This document shows, piece after piece, positions 18,521 through 27,830 of a stretch of 64,000 nucleotides of DNA. Where the stretch lies: assembly GCA_947372355.1 (NCBI GenBank), contig CANBTI010000001.1, forward strand, positions 18,296 through 82,295, given 5' to 3'. The position numbers and the translations under genes were made by a program. The notes beneath the pieces are model-generated. The model was given only the letters and a program-made list of their open reading frames with translations. It did not search any database and was not told the DNA's origin. Positions within the stretch are counted from its first letter, which is position 1; each line of letters starts with the position of its first letter. This DNA is from Bdellovibrionales bacterium. GTDB taxonomy: Bacteria; Bdellovibrionota; UBA1018; CAIMNF01.

Positions 18521-19630
18521 ATGCTAAAGAAAACAGCACTTAATGAAGAACATCGTAAAATCGGCGGTAAAATGGTTGATTTCGGGGGATGGGATTTACC
18601 CGTTCAATATAGTGGTCTCATGGCCGAACACACCGCGGTCAGAAATGACTGTGGAATTTTTGATGTAAGTCACATGGGCGAAATTATGATTGAGGGAAAT
18701 GGTTCTCTTGATTTTGTAAACTTTCTCACTACCAATGATGCATCAAAACTAGCAATTGAGCAGGCGCAATATTCTGCTCTTTGTAATTCTGAAGGGGGAA
18801 TTGTTGATGATTTGGTTGTTTATCGTTTAGGAAATGAAAAATTTTTTTTGGTGGTTAACGCATCTAATACCGATAAAGATTTTGAACACATTAAAAAAAC
18901 CCTTCAAAATTATTCGGGAATTAAACCTTCCGTAAAAAATCTTTCAACTGAATTCTCACAAATTGCAATTCAAGGCAGAAAAGCCGAATCTATTCTTCAA
19001 AATTTAACGGATACAAAATTAGAAGAAATTAAAACCTACTGGTGCAAAGAGGGAAAAGTTTTAGGATCCAATGCCGTGATTGCAAGAACCGGATATACAG
19101 GTGAAGATGGTTTTGAAATTTACATCCCTTGGAATGATGCTCCAAAAATATGGAATGCACTTCTTGAGGTGGGTAAACCCGTTGGCCTACTCCCTTGTGG
19201 TTTAGGCGCTCGCGACACTCTAAGATTAGAAATGAAATATGCGCTTTATGGACACGAGCTCAATGATTCCACTAATCCTCTTGAGGTTGGTTTGGGCTGG
19301 GTAACTAAACTTAACAAATCTGGTGATTTTATTGGCAAAGATAAAATAGCTGCACTAAAAGAAAGCGGAACAAAAAAATCTTTAGTCGGTGTAAAATCTT
19401 TAGGTCGTGGAATTCCTAGACAAGGATATGAGGTTTATAGCAGCGACCAAAGCAAGTTAATTGGAAATATTACCAGTGGAACATCTTCACCGAGTTTAAA
19501 GTATCCAATAGGCGTTGCTTTTATCGATAAAAACTTTGAAAATGTGGGTACACATTTATGGGTTAAAGTAAGAGAAGACTTTCATGAATTTGAAGTGGTA
19601 AAAACACCATTTTATAAAAAGGAACAATAA
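18521..19630 (+). CDS. gcvT: Glycine cleavage system T protein (aminomethyltransferase)
   Basis: DFGGWDLPVQYSGLMAEHTAVRNDCGIFDVSHMGEI is canonical for GcvT. Confidence 0.9.
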   Translation: MLKKTALNEEHRKIGGKMVDFGGWDLPVQYSGLMAEHTAVRNDCGIFDVSHMGEIMIEGNGSLDFVNFLTTNDASKLAIEQAQYSALCNSEGGIVDDLVVYRLGNEKFFLVVNASNTDKDFEHIKKTLQNYSGIKPSVKNLSTEFSQIAIQGRKAESILQNLTDTKLEEIKTYWCKEGKVLGSNAVIARTGYTGEDGFEIYIPWNDAPKIWNALLEVGKPVGLLPCGLGARDTLRLEMKYALYGHELNDSTNPLEVGLGWVTKLNKSGDFIGKDKIAALKESGTKKSLVGVKSLGRGIPRQGYEVYSSDQSKLIGNITSGTSSPSLKYPIGVAFIDKNFENVGTHLWVKVREDFHEFEVVKTPFYKKEQ

Positions 19631-20016
19631 TGAACTATCCAAATAATTTTAAATACACCAAAGAACACGAATGGGCTGAGTTGATTTCTTCAAATCAAAT
19701 TAGAGTGGGCATTACTGATCATGCTCAATCAAGCTTAGGGGACATTGTTTATCTTGATTTACCAAAAGTTGGAAAAGAACTTAAGGCTCACGATACCTTT
19801 GGTGTAGTAGAAAGCATTAAGGCTGTTTCTGACCTTTATTCTCCCGTGAGTGGTAAAGTTGCTTTAGCCAATACTGATCTCATTACGGATCCAGGAAAGA
19901 TCAATTTAAATGCTCATGGGGAATGGCTCCTCGTGATTGAGTCTTCAGATGCAAAATCTCAATATGATGGCCTAATGAATTCTGATGATTACACAAATTA
20001 CGTCAATTCCATCTAA
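19630..20016 (+). CDS. gcvH: Glycine cleavage system H protein
   Basis: Lipoyl-lysine motif VESIKAVSDLYSPVSG. About 128 aa. Confidence 0.9.
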   Translation: MNYPNNFKYTKEHEWAELISSNQIRVGITDHAQSSLGDIVYLDLPKVGKELKAHDTFGVVESIKAVSDLYSPVSGKVALANTDLITDPGKINLNAHGEWLLVIESSDAKSQYDGLMNSDDYTNYVNSI

Positions 20017-20890
20017 TCAAAATCAATTCAAATGGATTGATATTGGTGATCCCACTCCTGAAAATTTAGAGAATATTTCAAATGAATTTGGAATTCACCC
20101 TCTTTCTTTACAAGATAGTCTAGAGCCTTACCATCTTCCCAAATATGAACGTAACGAAGAGTATGTTTTTATTATACTCCGTTCAGTAGATCCAAATCGA
20201 TCAAAAGACACTTCTGATATAAATGAGTTAACTAGAAAAGTAGCAATTTTTCTTGGAAAAGATTTTATCATTACCACTCATCACTCCGATGTGACATTCA
20301 TAAAAAACTTACGTGAAAAATGGACTAAGAAGCTTTCTACTTATGTGGGTGATCCAAAACTTCATTTGTGTTTAGATATTTTAAATCAAGGATTTAACAG
20401 TTTTGATCAGCCCATTGATGAATCTTTGGCCCTACTCAATGGGTTTGAACAAGAAAGCATTATTCACTTAAAAAAGGTTTACACACTCCGAAAACAATCT
20501 TCAACCTTTAATCGTTTATTAAGATTATCTCATGATATCTGTGTAAAGCTAAATGCGGATAGCGATCCCTCATCTAGAATTTATGTACAGGATCTAAAAG
20601 ATGATCTTGAGAACACCATTTTTTTCTCGGAAGATCTAAATGAAAATATTCATAATTTCATCAATCTTCAACTTTCTCTGCAATCACAAAAAACAAATGA
20701 AACCATGAGAGTGATGGCAATTTTTTCAGCATTTTTTATGCCTATTACATTTATTGTAGGCTTATATGGCATGAACTTTAAGCACATGCCTGAGCTAGAA
20801 TGGCAGTATGGTTATTTATTTTCACTCATACTTATGTTTTGTTCTTCTCTGGCAATTTACATTTGGTTTAAAAACAAGAAATGGCTTTAA
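19985..20890 (+). CDS. corA: CorA-family Mg2+/Co2+ transporter
   Basis: C-terminal two TM helices with the YGMNF (GMN) motif. Overlaps the gcvH 3' end by 32 nt. Confidence 0.8.
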   Translation: MITQITSIPSNQNQFKWIDIGDPTPENLENISNEFGIHPLSLQDSLEPYHLPKYERNEEYVFIILRSVDPNRSKDTSDINELTRKVAIFLGKDFIITTHHSDVTFIKNLREKWTKKLSTYVGDPKLHLCLDILNQGFNSFDQPIDESLALLNGFEQESIIHLKKVYTLRKQSSTFNRLLRLSHDICVKLNADSDPSSRIYVQDLKDDLENTIFFSEDLNENIHNFINLQLSLQSQKTNETMRVMAIFSAFFMPITFIVGLYGMNFKHMPELEWQYGYLFSLILMFCSSLAIYIWFKNKKWL

Positions 20891-21555
20891 TTTCCATGAT
20901 TAAATATATTTTTTTTAGTCTTACTTTCATCTCTAATTCGTTTGCCGCTGAACCCTCGTGGGAAACCATCAAAACCACAAAGGACGGAATTAAGGCTGAA
21001 AAACGTGAGGTTCCAGGCAGTTCTGTATTAGCATTTCGGGGTGAAGGCATTATCGATGCTCCGATCACTAAAGTTGCGACTATCATTTTTGATACTAAAC
21101 GCGCACCTGAATGGATTGTTGATTTAGTTTCATCTAAAATTATTCGTTGGACCTCTAAAGATGAATACATTGAATACGATCACGTATCCACTCCTCCCAT
21201 CATCATGAAAGATCGAGACTTTGTTTCTAAAGTTAAACTCTCGATTGATCCCGCTACTAAAGTAATTAAGTTTTTGTATTTAAACACCCTCGATCCAGAT
21301 GCTCCAGAGACGAGCTATATTCGTGGTGATTTAATGAATACAACTTTTACCCTAAAATCAATTGATCAAGATAAGAGAACCAGCGTAGTTGGTGAAATCC
21401 ATTGTGATCCAAAGGGCTCTGTGGCTAAATGGATCGTAAATTTTTTTCAATCCGACTGGCCAATTGATACGATTAGAAATCTTCGCAAGCAAGCCTCTAA
21501 AGCAGATGTAAAGGATGACCAGAAAATTCTAGAGCTTTTCTCTAATCATTTATAG
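20881..21555 (+). CDS. Secreted hypothetical protein, possible START/SRPBCC-like lipid-binding fold
   Basis: Signal peptide [13 protein letters not shown]. About 200-aa mixed alpha/beta domain. The assignment rests on weak pattern resemblance only. Confidence 0.3.
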   Translation: MALISMIKYIFFSLTFISNSFAAEPSWETIKTTKDGIKAEKREVPGSSVLAFRGEGIIDAPITKVATIIFDTKRAPEWIVDLVSSKIIRWTSKDEYIEYDHVSTPPIIMKDRDFVSKVKLSIDPATKVIKFLYLNTLDPDAPETSYIRGDLMNTTFTLKSIDQDKRTSVVGEIHCDPKGSVAKWIVNFFQSDWPIDTIRNLRKQASKADVKDDQKILELFSNHL

Positions 21556-24443
21556 TTTTCAATCGGCGCACAAGTGCACATCAGATTTCGATCACCGTAA
21601 ACATTATCTATCCGAGAAACGGAAGGCCAAAACTTCTTTTCCCTTACAAATGATAGTGGGTAAATTGCCTGTTCTCTTGAATATGGGTAAATCCATTCAG
21701 TAGAAGTTGCGACAATTGCAGTGTGTGGTGCATTTTTTAATACATTATTTTTAGGATCAGCTTTTTTTAATCTGATTTCTTCAATTTCACCACGAATTGA
21801 AATCATGGCATCAATGAAACGATCCATTTCGGCTTTAGTTTCACTTTCAGTTGGCTCAATCATCAACGTTCCCGAAACTGGAAATGAAACCGTTGGGGCG
21901 TGAAAACCGTAATCCATTAATCTTTTTGCAATATCTTCTACTTCAACACCTGTTTCAGCTTTAAGTGGCCTTAAATCTAAAATGCATTCATGTGCAACTC
22001 GACCTGAAAACCCTTTATATAGAACCGGAAAATAAGATTCCAATCTTTTAGCAATATAATTTCCATTCATGATTGCAACTTCAGTTGCATTTTTGAGTCC
22101 CTCTGCACCCATTAACTTCATATATACCCATGAAATGGTAAGAATGCTTGCACTACCCCAAGGAGCGGAAGAGACGGCTCCAAAAGATTTTTCACCACCC
22201 ATTTTTGCAAGAACATGATTTGGCAGAAATGGAGCAAGTTGTTTTTTTACTGCAATTGGTCCCATACCTGGTCCGCCACCACCGTGTGGAATACAAAAAG
22301 TTTTATGTAAGTTTAGATGACAAACATCTGGGCCAAAATCGCCTGGTCTACAGAGACCAACTTGTGCATTCATGTTGGCACCATCCATATACACTTGACC
22401 GCCATTGGAGTGAATAATTTCGCAAATCTCTCCAATTTTCATTTCAAAAACACCATGTGTAGATGGGTAAGTAACCATCAATGCAGCCAATACATTTTTA
22501 TGAAGGTCAGCTTGTTTTTTTAAATCATCAACATCTACGTTTCCATCGCGATCGCATTCAACAACCACGACCTTAAATCCTGCCATCACCGCTGAAGCTG
22601 GATTGGTTCCATGGGCTGATTTTGGAATCAAACAAACTTCCCTATGATGATCGCCTCTAGATTCGTGATATGCGCGAATTGCTAATAATCCCGCATATTC
22701 TCCTTGAGATCCGGCGTTTGGTTGTAATGATACAGCATCAAAACCGGTCACTTCAGCAAGCATTTTTTCTAAATCATCAAACATCTCTAAATAACCTAAT
22801 GTTTGAACTCTTGGCGCTGCTGGATGCATTTTTCCAAACTCAGGCCAAGTTACTGGCATCATCTCAGTAGAAGCATTTAGCTTCATCGTACAAGATCCAA
22901 GTGGGATCATGGAGAAATTTAGTGAAAGATCTTTTCTTTCTAGCGAAGCCATATAGCGAAGCATTTCATGTTCAGAGTGATAACGATGAAACACCGGATG
23001 AGTGAGAAAATCATCCGTTCTCACTAACGATTCATGAAATGAAATCCGAGAACCTAGGCTTGCACGATCTGAAATATTTTTAATGGAGCCTGAAGAAAAA
23101 GCATCCAACAAAATTTGAAGTTCAAGAAGTGTGCTCGACTCATCAAAATTAACTGAAACCTTAGTTTCGTTAATTTGGTAAACATTTATTTTGTTTTCAT
23201 CTAATTTAGAAATTATTTTTTTTAATAGTATTGGATCTTTAAGATTAACGGCCACGGTATCAAAAAAATTTTCCGTTAAAATTTCAAATCCAAGTGATTT
23301 TAACTCAGTGGCAAATAAGTTTGCAATTCCGTGAATCTTTTTTGCAATTTGAGTTAGCCCTTTTGGTCCATGGTAAATTGCATACATCGATGCCATTACC
23401 GCGAGTAAAACCTGAGAAGTACAAATGTTACTCGTCGCTTTCTCTCTTCGAATGTGTTGCTCACGAGTTTGAAGCGCCAAACGAATTGCAGGATTTCCTC
23501 GCACATCTTTAGAAAGACCAACTATTCTTCCTGGTAAACTTCTTTTAAACTCATCCTTACAAGCCATATAGGCCGCACTTGGTCCGCCAAATCCCATCGG
23601 AACTCCAAAGCGTTGAAAGCTTCCGATTGCAATATCAGCACCAATTGCTCCGGGACTTTTAAGCAAAGTTAATGCAAGCGGATCGGCCACAACCGTTACC
23701 AGCAAACCCTTATCTTTTGCACTTTTGATTTTTTCTTCAATTTTAGAATCGATTTCTCCCAGTGTATCCGGATATTGAAAAATAACTCCAAACATAGATT
23801 CATCAGGTGCGTATTCGTTTGCTGAAAATATCTTAATGTTAATTTTTAAAGGCTTTGCACGCGTTTGGATCACGGCAATGTTTTGAGGATGCAATCGTTC
23901 AGAAACATAAAAAGTATTTCGATCACTTCCTGCCTTACTCATTGCCATTGCTTCTGCACTAGCAGTTGCTTCATCTAATAATGAAGCATTAGAAATGGGC
24001 AATCCAGTAAGATCAGCTGTCATGGTTTGAAAATTAAGAAGCGCCTCTAATCTACCTTGAGCAATCTCTGCTTGATAGGGTGTATACTGAGTATACCAAC
24101 CTGGGTTTTCAAAAATATTTCTTTGAATCACGGCAGGAGTAATTGTGTCGTGAAAACCCAAACCAATTAATGATCGATAAACACTATTTTTGGAAGCAAT
24201 TTTTTTTAGTACATTTAAAACTTCTACTTCACTCTCAATCGTTTCAATATTGATTGGCTTTTTTACCCGAATCGATTCAGGAATGGTTTCACTAATAAGT
24301 TGGTCAAGGGATTTTACGTCAAGATTTTTTAAAATTTCTTTTCTTTCACTCTCATTAGGTCCTATATGGCGCATTGGAAAGGAATGGTAATCAGACAATA
24401 TATATTTTTCTAAAATTTCTGCCTTTTTTGTAGGGTTTTGCAT
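21546..24443 (-). CDS. gcvP: Glycine dehydrogenase (decarboxylating), single-chain GcvP
   Basis: 965 aa. Segments [20 protein letters not shown] and the PLP region of P-protein. Convergent with the START-like gene. Confidence 0.9.
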   Translation of the reverse strand: MQNPTKKAEILEKYILSDYHSFPMRHIGPNESERKEILKNLDVKSLDQLISETIPESIRVKKPINIETIESEVEVLNVLKKIASKNSVYRSLIGLGFHDTITPAVIQRNIFENPGWYTQYTPYQAEIAQGRLEALLNFQTMTADLTGLPISNASLLDEATASAEAMAMSKAGSDRNTFYVSERLHPQNIAVIQTRAKPLKINIKIFSANEYAPDESMFGVIFQYPDTLGEIDSKIEEKIKSAKDKGLLVTVVADPLALTLLKSPGAIGADIAIGSFQRFGVPMGFGGPSAAYMACKDEFKRSLPGRIVGLSKDVRGNPAIRLALQTREQHIRREKATSNICTSQVLLAVMASMYAIYHGPKGLTQIAKKIHGIANLFATELKSLGFEILTENFFDTVAVNLKDPILLKKIISKLDENKINVYQINETKVSVNFDESSTLLELQILLDAFSSGSIKNISDRASLGSRISFHESLVRTDDFLTHPVFHRYHSEHEMLRYMASLERKDLSLNFSMIPLGSCTMKLNASTEMMPVTWPEFGKMHPAAPRVQTLGYLEMFDDLEKMLAEVTGFDAVSLQPNAGSQGEYAGLLAIRAYHESRGDHHREVCLIPKSAHGTNPASAVMAGFKVVVVECDRDGNVDVDDLKKQADLHKNVLAALMVTYPSTHGVFEMKIGEICEIIHSNGGQVYMDGANMNAQVGLCRPGDFGPDVCHLNLHKTFCIPHGGGGPGMGPIAVKKQLAPFLPNHVLAKMGGEKSFGAVSSAPWGSASILTISWVYMKLMGAEGLKNATEVAIMNGNYIAKRLESYFPVLYKGFSGRVAHECILDLRPLKAETGVEVEDIAKRLMDYGFHAPTVSFPVSGTLMIEPTESETKAEMDRFIDAMISIRGEIEEIRLKKADPKNNVLKNAPHTAIVATSTEWIYPYSREQAIYPLSFVREKKFWPSVSRIDNVYGDRNLMCTCAPIENYK

Positions 24444-24550
24444 AAAATAATTTTACACGATGATTTTATTTTCAGAAAGGACTTCCAAAAATTATTTTAT
24501 TATAATAGCTTCTCGACTCGTTCAGCATCAGGATATTGGGATCATTGATT

Positions 24551-24862
24551 ATGCAACTTACAGAACCAACAACTTCATACGTGTCAGAAACTAAATTAAA
24601 TACAGTAGATTGGTCTAGAGCATTTAATACATCAATTCTTTCTACTGTGATTGAGTCTAAGAGCCTAGACTCTGAGATTGAAACTCTATTAAGTACTCCA
24701 GAGTACTCAGCTATTCTTCTTGCCGCACAAAGCCTATCTTCTAACTTAAATATTAGTCCAGAAGCCGCAACTGAAAGATTAATTGAAACATTTCGCAGCA
24801 TTGATCATTGTTGGGAAAAAATACTTCTTAAAAAGGGTGCTCAGTCTCTATTAGGATTGTAA
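24551..24862 (+). CDS. Small acidic hypothetical protein
   Basis: Third-position A/T bias matches the genome's codon usage, better than the overlapping minus-strand ORF 24472-24801. Weak SD. Confidence 0.3.
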   Translation: MQLTEPTTSYVSETKLNTVDWSRAFNTSILSTVIESKSLDSEIETLLSTPEYSAILLAAQSLSSNLNISPEAATERLIETFRSIDHCWEKILLKKGAQSLLGL

Positions 24863-24866
24863 TCGA

Positions 24867-25697
24867 TTAGGTTTTTAAAACGAAATCCCATCTAATTTGA
24901 GCATTTCCGCTATCATCTAATAATCCCTTAGGTGGATTTGGATAAGGTCCAGCTTTATTCAAAGCACCAACTGCTGCAGAATCAAGATCAAGAGCTCCTG
25001 ATTCTTGTAATAACTGAACCCTCACAATTTCACCCTTAACGTTGATCGTAATCAGGGTTCTTGTTGTAAAATCGGTTTGAGTGGCAAGGTGCCTTCCAGT
25101 CTTATATATTCTTTCAATTTGAGACCGAACCATAGGTTGCCAGGTTTGATCTAACTGTTTACGAACTCTTTCAAAATAAGAAAAGAATACATACTCTTTT
25201 GTATTCAGGGCAGAGGTTTCTCCCTGCTTAAGTCCTTGTATATATTGTCCGCCGTGTACATCTTCCCCCAAAGAGTTTGATGCCCAGTTTTTTTCCTTTT
25301 CGTAAGGCTCTGTTTTTTGAGTATTGATTTTTACTCCTAAATCGCTCACCGTTACGGGCTTTGATCTAGCCTGAGGGGTCACCTTAGGTTGGCCGGCAGG
25401 TTGAACGCTTCCAACTTTTACCGCAGATTTTTCTTCTTTCACGACTCTATTTTTATCACTTAAATATGAATCTTTTTTAGCAACTTTCGCAATTTCTCCC
25501 TGAGAAGGTTGCACTATACTTTTATTTTGATCTTTTTCAGTCTTTTTATCAATAAAACTAATTGAAATTGGTTCGTCTTGCGTTTTGATTTTAGGCGCAA
25601 TGGTGGCGTAAAGAGCGATCAATATGATCAGCATCAAGTGTAGACTTAAGGACCTGGAAAAAGGATTTTGAAAAACTCGAATACTCACAGTTTTCAT
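24867..25697 (-). CDS. TonB-family protein (C-terminal TonB domain)
   Basis: N-terminal TM anchor, a Lys/Pro-rich linker, and a C-terminus ...VKGEIVRVQLLQESGALDLDSAAVGALNKAGPYPNPP with a TonB_C-like pattern. Confidence 0.55.
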   Translation of the reverse strand: MKTVSIRVFQNPFSRSLSLHLMLIILIALYATIAPKIKTQDEPISISFIDKKTEKDQNKSIVQPSQGEIAKVAKKDSYLSDKNRVVKEEKSAVKVGSVQPAGQPKVTPQARSKPVTVSDLGVKINTQKTEPYEKEKNWASNSLGEDVHGGQYIQGLKQGETSALNTKEYVFFSYFERVRKQLDQTWQPMVRSQIERIYKTGRHLATQTDFTTRTLITINVKGEIVRVQLLQESGALDLDSAAVGALNKAGPYPNPPKGLLDDSGNAQIRWDFVLKT

Positions 25698-25804
25698 ATC
25701 GGCTACTTCTGTCAGTAAATTAACAATGTCTTAAAAAAACTTTGTTAAAATGATTACCAATATGATTTTGAATGCAATTAGCAGACCCTATACCTACTTA
25801 TAGT

Positions 25805-26548
25805 CTAGTTTCGGATGATAAAACTAAGGGGCAATAAGGCATTTCCATTTTTATCGATCATGCCTTTTGGCGGATTTGGGTAAGGACCAGCTTTATTTAG
25901 AGCAACGACATCTGCCTGATCTAATTCCAAGTTTCCAGACTCTTGTAATAATTGAACTTTTAACACTTCACCCTTACCGCTCAAAGTAACCATAGTACGA
26001 GTTACAAAAGAATCTTCTGTGGAAAATTTGCGCCCAGCAGCATATTGCAACTCTATTTGCTTACGGATAATCGGAACCCAGGCTCCATAAAGCTGATTAT
26101 ATATTCGACCAAAGTAACTATAAAATATTGATTCTTGAGTGTTTAGCTCGGATGTTTCGGTTTCCCTTAGACCCCGAACATAATCTCCACCCTTTTCGGC
26201 TTCACCCAAAACATGGGAAGTCCAATTGCTTTCATTTTCAACGGGTGCCCTTTGATCAGTGTTAATTTTTACACCAAGATCGCTCACTTTAACTGTGGAT
26301 ATTGATTTGGGTAAACCACCACTTCCAAACTCTCTTGATGATTTTTGCTCTTTAAAATCCCTGTTTTTGTTGCTTAATATTGCTTTAGATTTATTTTTAA
26401 ACTTTGGCTCCATCAACTGAATGGTCAGTGGACCCTCTTGTTCTTTAGTTTTTGGTGCCACCATCAAATACATCACCACCATCAGCGATAAGAGCAGATG
26501 AAGTGCTATGGATCTAGAAATTGGCTTATCAAGATAACTAATATTCAC
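25805..26548 (-). CDS. TonB-family protein, tandem paralog of 24867-25697
   Basis: Same architecture with a clear paralogous C-terminus (GKGEVLKVQLLQESGNLELDQADVVALNKAGPYPNPPKG). The two also share a VSDLGVKINT block. Confidence 0.55.
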   Translation of the reverse strand: MNISYLDKPISRSIALHLLLSLMVVMYLMVAPKTKEQEGPLTIQLMEPKFKNKSKAILSNKNRDFKEQKSSREFGSGGLPKSISTVKVSDLGVKINTDQRAPVENESNWTSHVLGEAEKGGDYVRGLRETETSELNTQESIFYSYFGRIYNQLYGAWVPIIRKQIELQYAAGRKFSTEDSFVTRTMVTLSGKGEVLKVQLLQESGNLELDQADVVALNKAGPYPNPPKGMIDKNGNALLPLSFIIRN

Positions 26549-26627
26549 GTCTTATGATTAATATCTTTTACTGACAAAATAGTCAAAAATTGGACTAACG
26601 CCACAAGTTATAATATGACCATGTTCC

Positions 26628-27830
26628 ATGGATTTACAATTCCGGCTTGCCACTACAGAAGATATTTTTAGACTAATTGAGTTATATCATGTGGTTTATC
26701 GCGGAACATACCCTGAACCTCTCATGAATCAATTTGGGGTGATGAAAAAGTTTTTAGAAGAACCGGGCTCTTATTGGTTCATAGCCGAAAACTCTAATTC
26801 AATTAAAAGCTCGCCCATCGTTGCTTCCGTTGCGGTAAGGTATGATGCAGAAAATCGTTTAGCAAAAGCATTTGGTGCTGCCGTACTAGATCAGCATAGA
26901 AGAGCTGGGCTCATGGAAAAACTTCTTTCCCATTGCATTGAATACATGCAAAAAAATACTGCCGGAGCTGATGTGGTCTATGCAACCACCAGAACCGTTC
27001 ACGAAGGAGCTCAGGCAGTTACTGATAAATTAGGTTTTAAAAAATTGGGAATTTTTCCCAACTCACACAAAAGCATCGATTACGAAACACATTGTCTTAC
27101 GGCTGCATTTTATAGAAATGCGATAGAAAACAGATTTCAAAATTACTCCCTACACGAAAAGCTTCGCGGTTTAGTAAAAATTGTTACTGAAGAAGTTTCA
27201 CAGATGGGTGAACTTAAGTTTATCATCCCTGATTTACCCAGCAAAATCTTAATCGAACCTCCTCATTTAGAACTAGTGACTTCAGAACATTTTGTAAAAT
27301 ATCGATATGAAAAACTGAAAAAGGAAAAGGAGTTACAGTTTGCTTTCTTTCCTTTTCACGAGCCAAACACATTGATCCTTAGTCCTGATCAATCAATTGA
27401 AATTTTTTGCTACCACTCTCCCGGTGATGCTTATTCAGTTATCGTTGGGGGTAAGGTAGACAATTCGATTAACTATAGTTCTCTTTTTAATACAATCGCC
27501 AACCTACTGAGAGATCATCAAGCGAGATATGTAGAAATTTTAGTTCGTGCAGATAAACCAAAGATTATTGATTCATTTTTAAAAGCAAAATTTATTCCAA
27601 GCGCATTTTTCCCTGCGTTTCAACTCCATGAAGGCAAAAGATATGACTATGTGGTGATGAATAAAACTTTTGAAATTTTTGATTTTCAGAATATTAGTTT
27701 AAAAGGTCTAAATCAAAAATATTTAGAAGAATATTTTAATCACTGGAAACAAAGTTCTTTAAACCCAAAAATGCTTCAACAACTCTCTACTCATCCTCTC
27801 GAAGCGTATCATCATCGGTCTCAGGAATAG
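26628..27830 (+). CDS. GNAT-family N-acetyltransferase-like protein (about 400 aa, probably two domains)
   Basis: The N-terminal 150 aa have a GNAT-like pattern (FRLATTEDIFRLIELYH ... AENSN...VASVAV...RRAGLMEKLL). Confidence 0.4.
   Translation: MDLQFRLATTEDIFRLIELYHVVYRGTYPEPLMNQFGVMKKFLEEPGSYWFIAENSNSIKSSPIVASVAVRYDAENRLAKAFGAAVLDQHRRAGLMEKLLSHCIEYMQKNTAGADVVYATTRTVHEGAQAVTDKLGFKKLGIFPNSHKSIDYETHCLTAAFYRNAIENRFQNYSLHEKLRGLVKIVTEEVSQMGELKFIIPDLPSKILIEPPHLELVTSEHFVKYRYEKLKKEKELQFAFFPFHEPNTLILSPDQSIEIFCYHSPGDAYSVIVGGKVDNSINYSSLFNTIANLLRDHQARYVEILVRADKPKIIDSFLKAKFIPSAFFPAFQLHEGKRYDYVVMNKTFEIFDFQNISLKGLNQKYLEEYFNHWKQSSLNPKMLQQLSTHPLEAYHHRSQE

Noticed and set aside
21721-23512. Several 60-90-aa ORFs inside and antisense to gcvP, and similar ones inside atpA, atpD, parB, mnmG, PBP1A, yidC and the cassette genes
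   Set aside because: Nested or antisense within strongly supported long genes. Typical spurious ORFs.
24472-24801. Minus-strand 109-aa ORF overlapping the plus-strand small ORF upstream of gcvP
   Set aside because: The plus-strand ORF has the genome-typical third-position A/T codon bias. The minus-strand frame is the antisense shadow.
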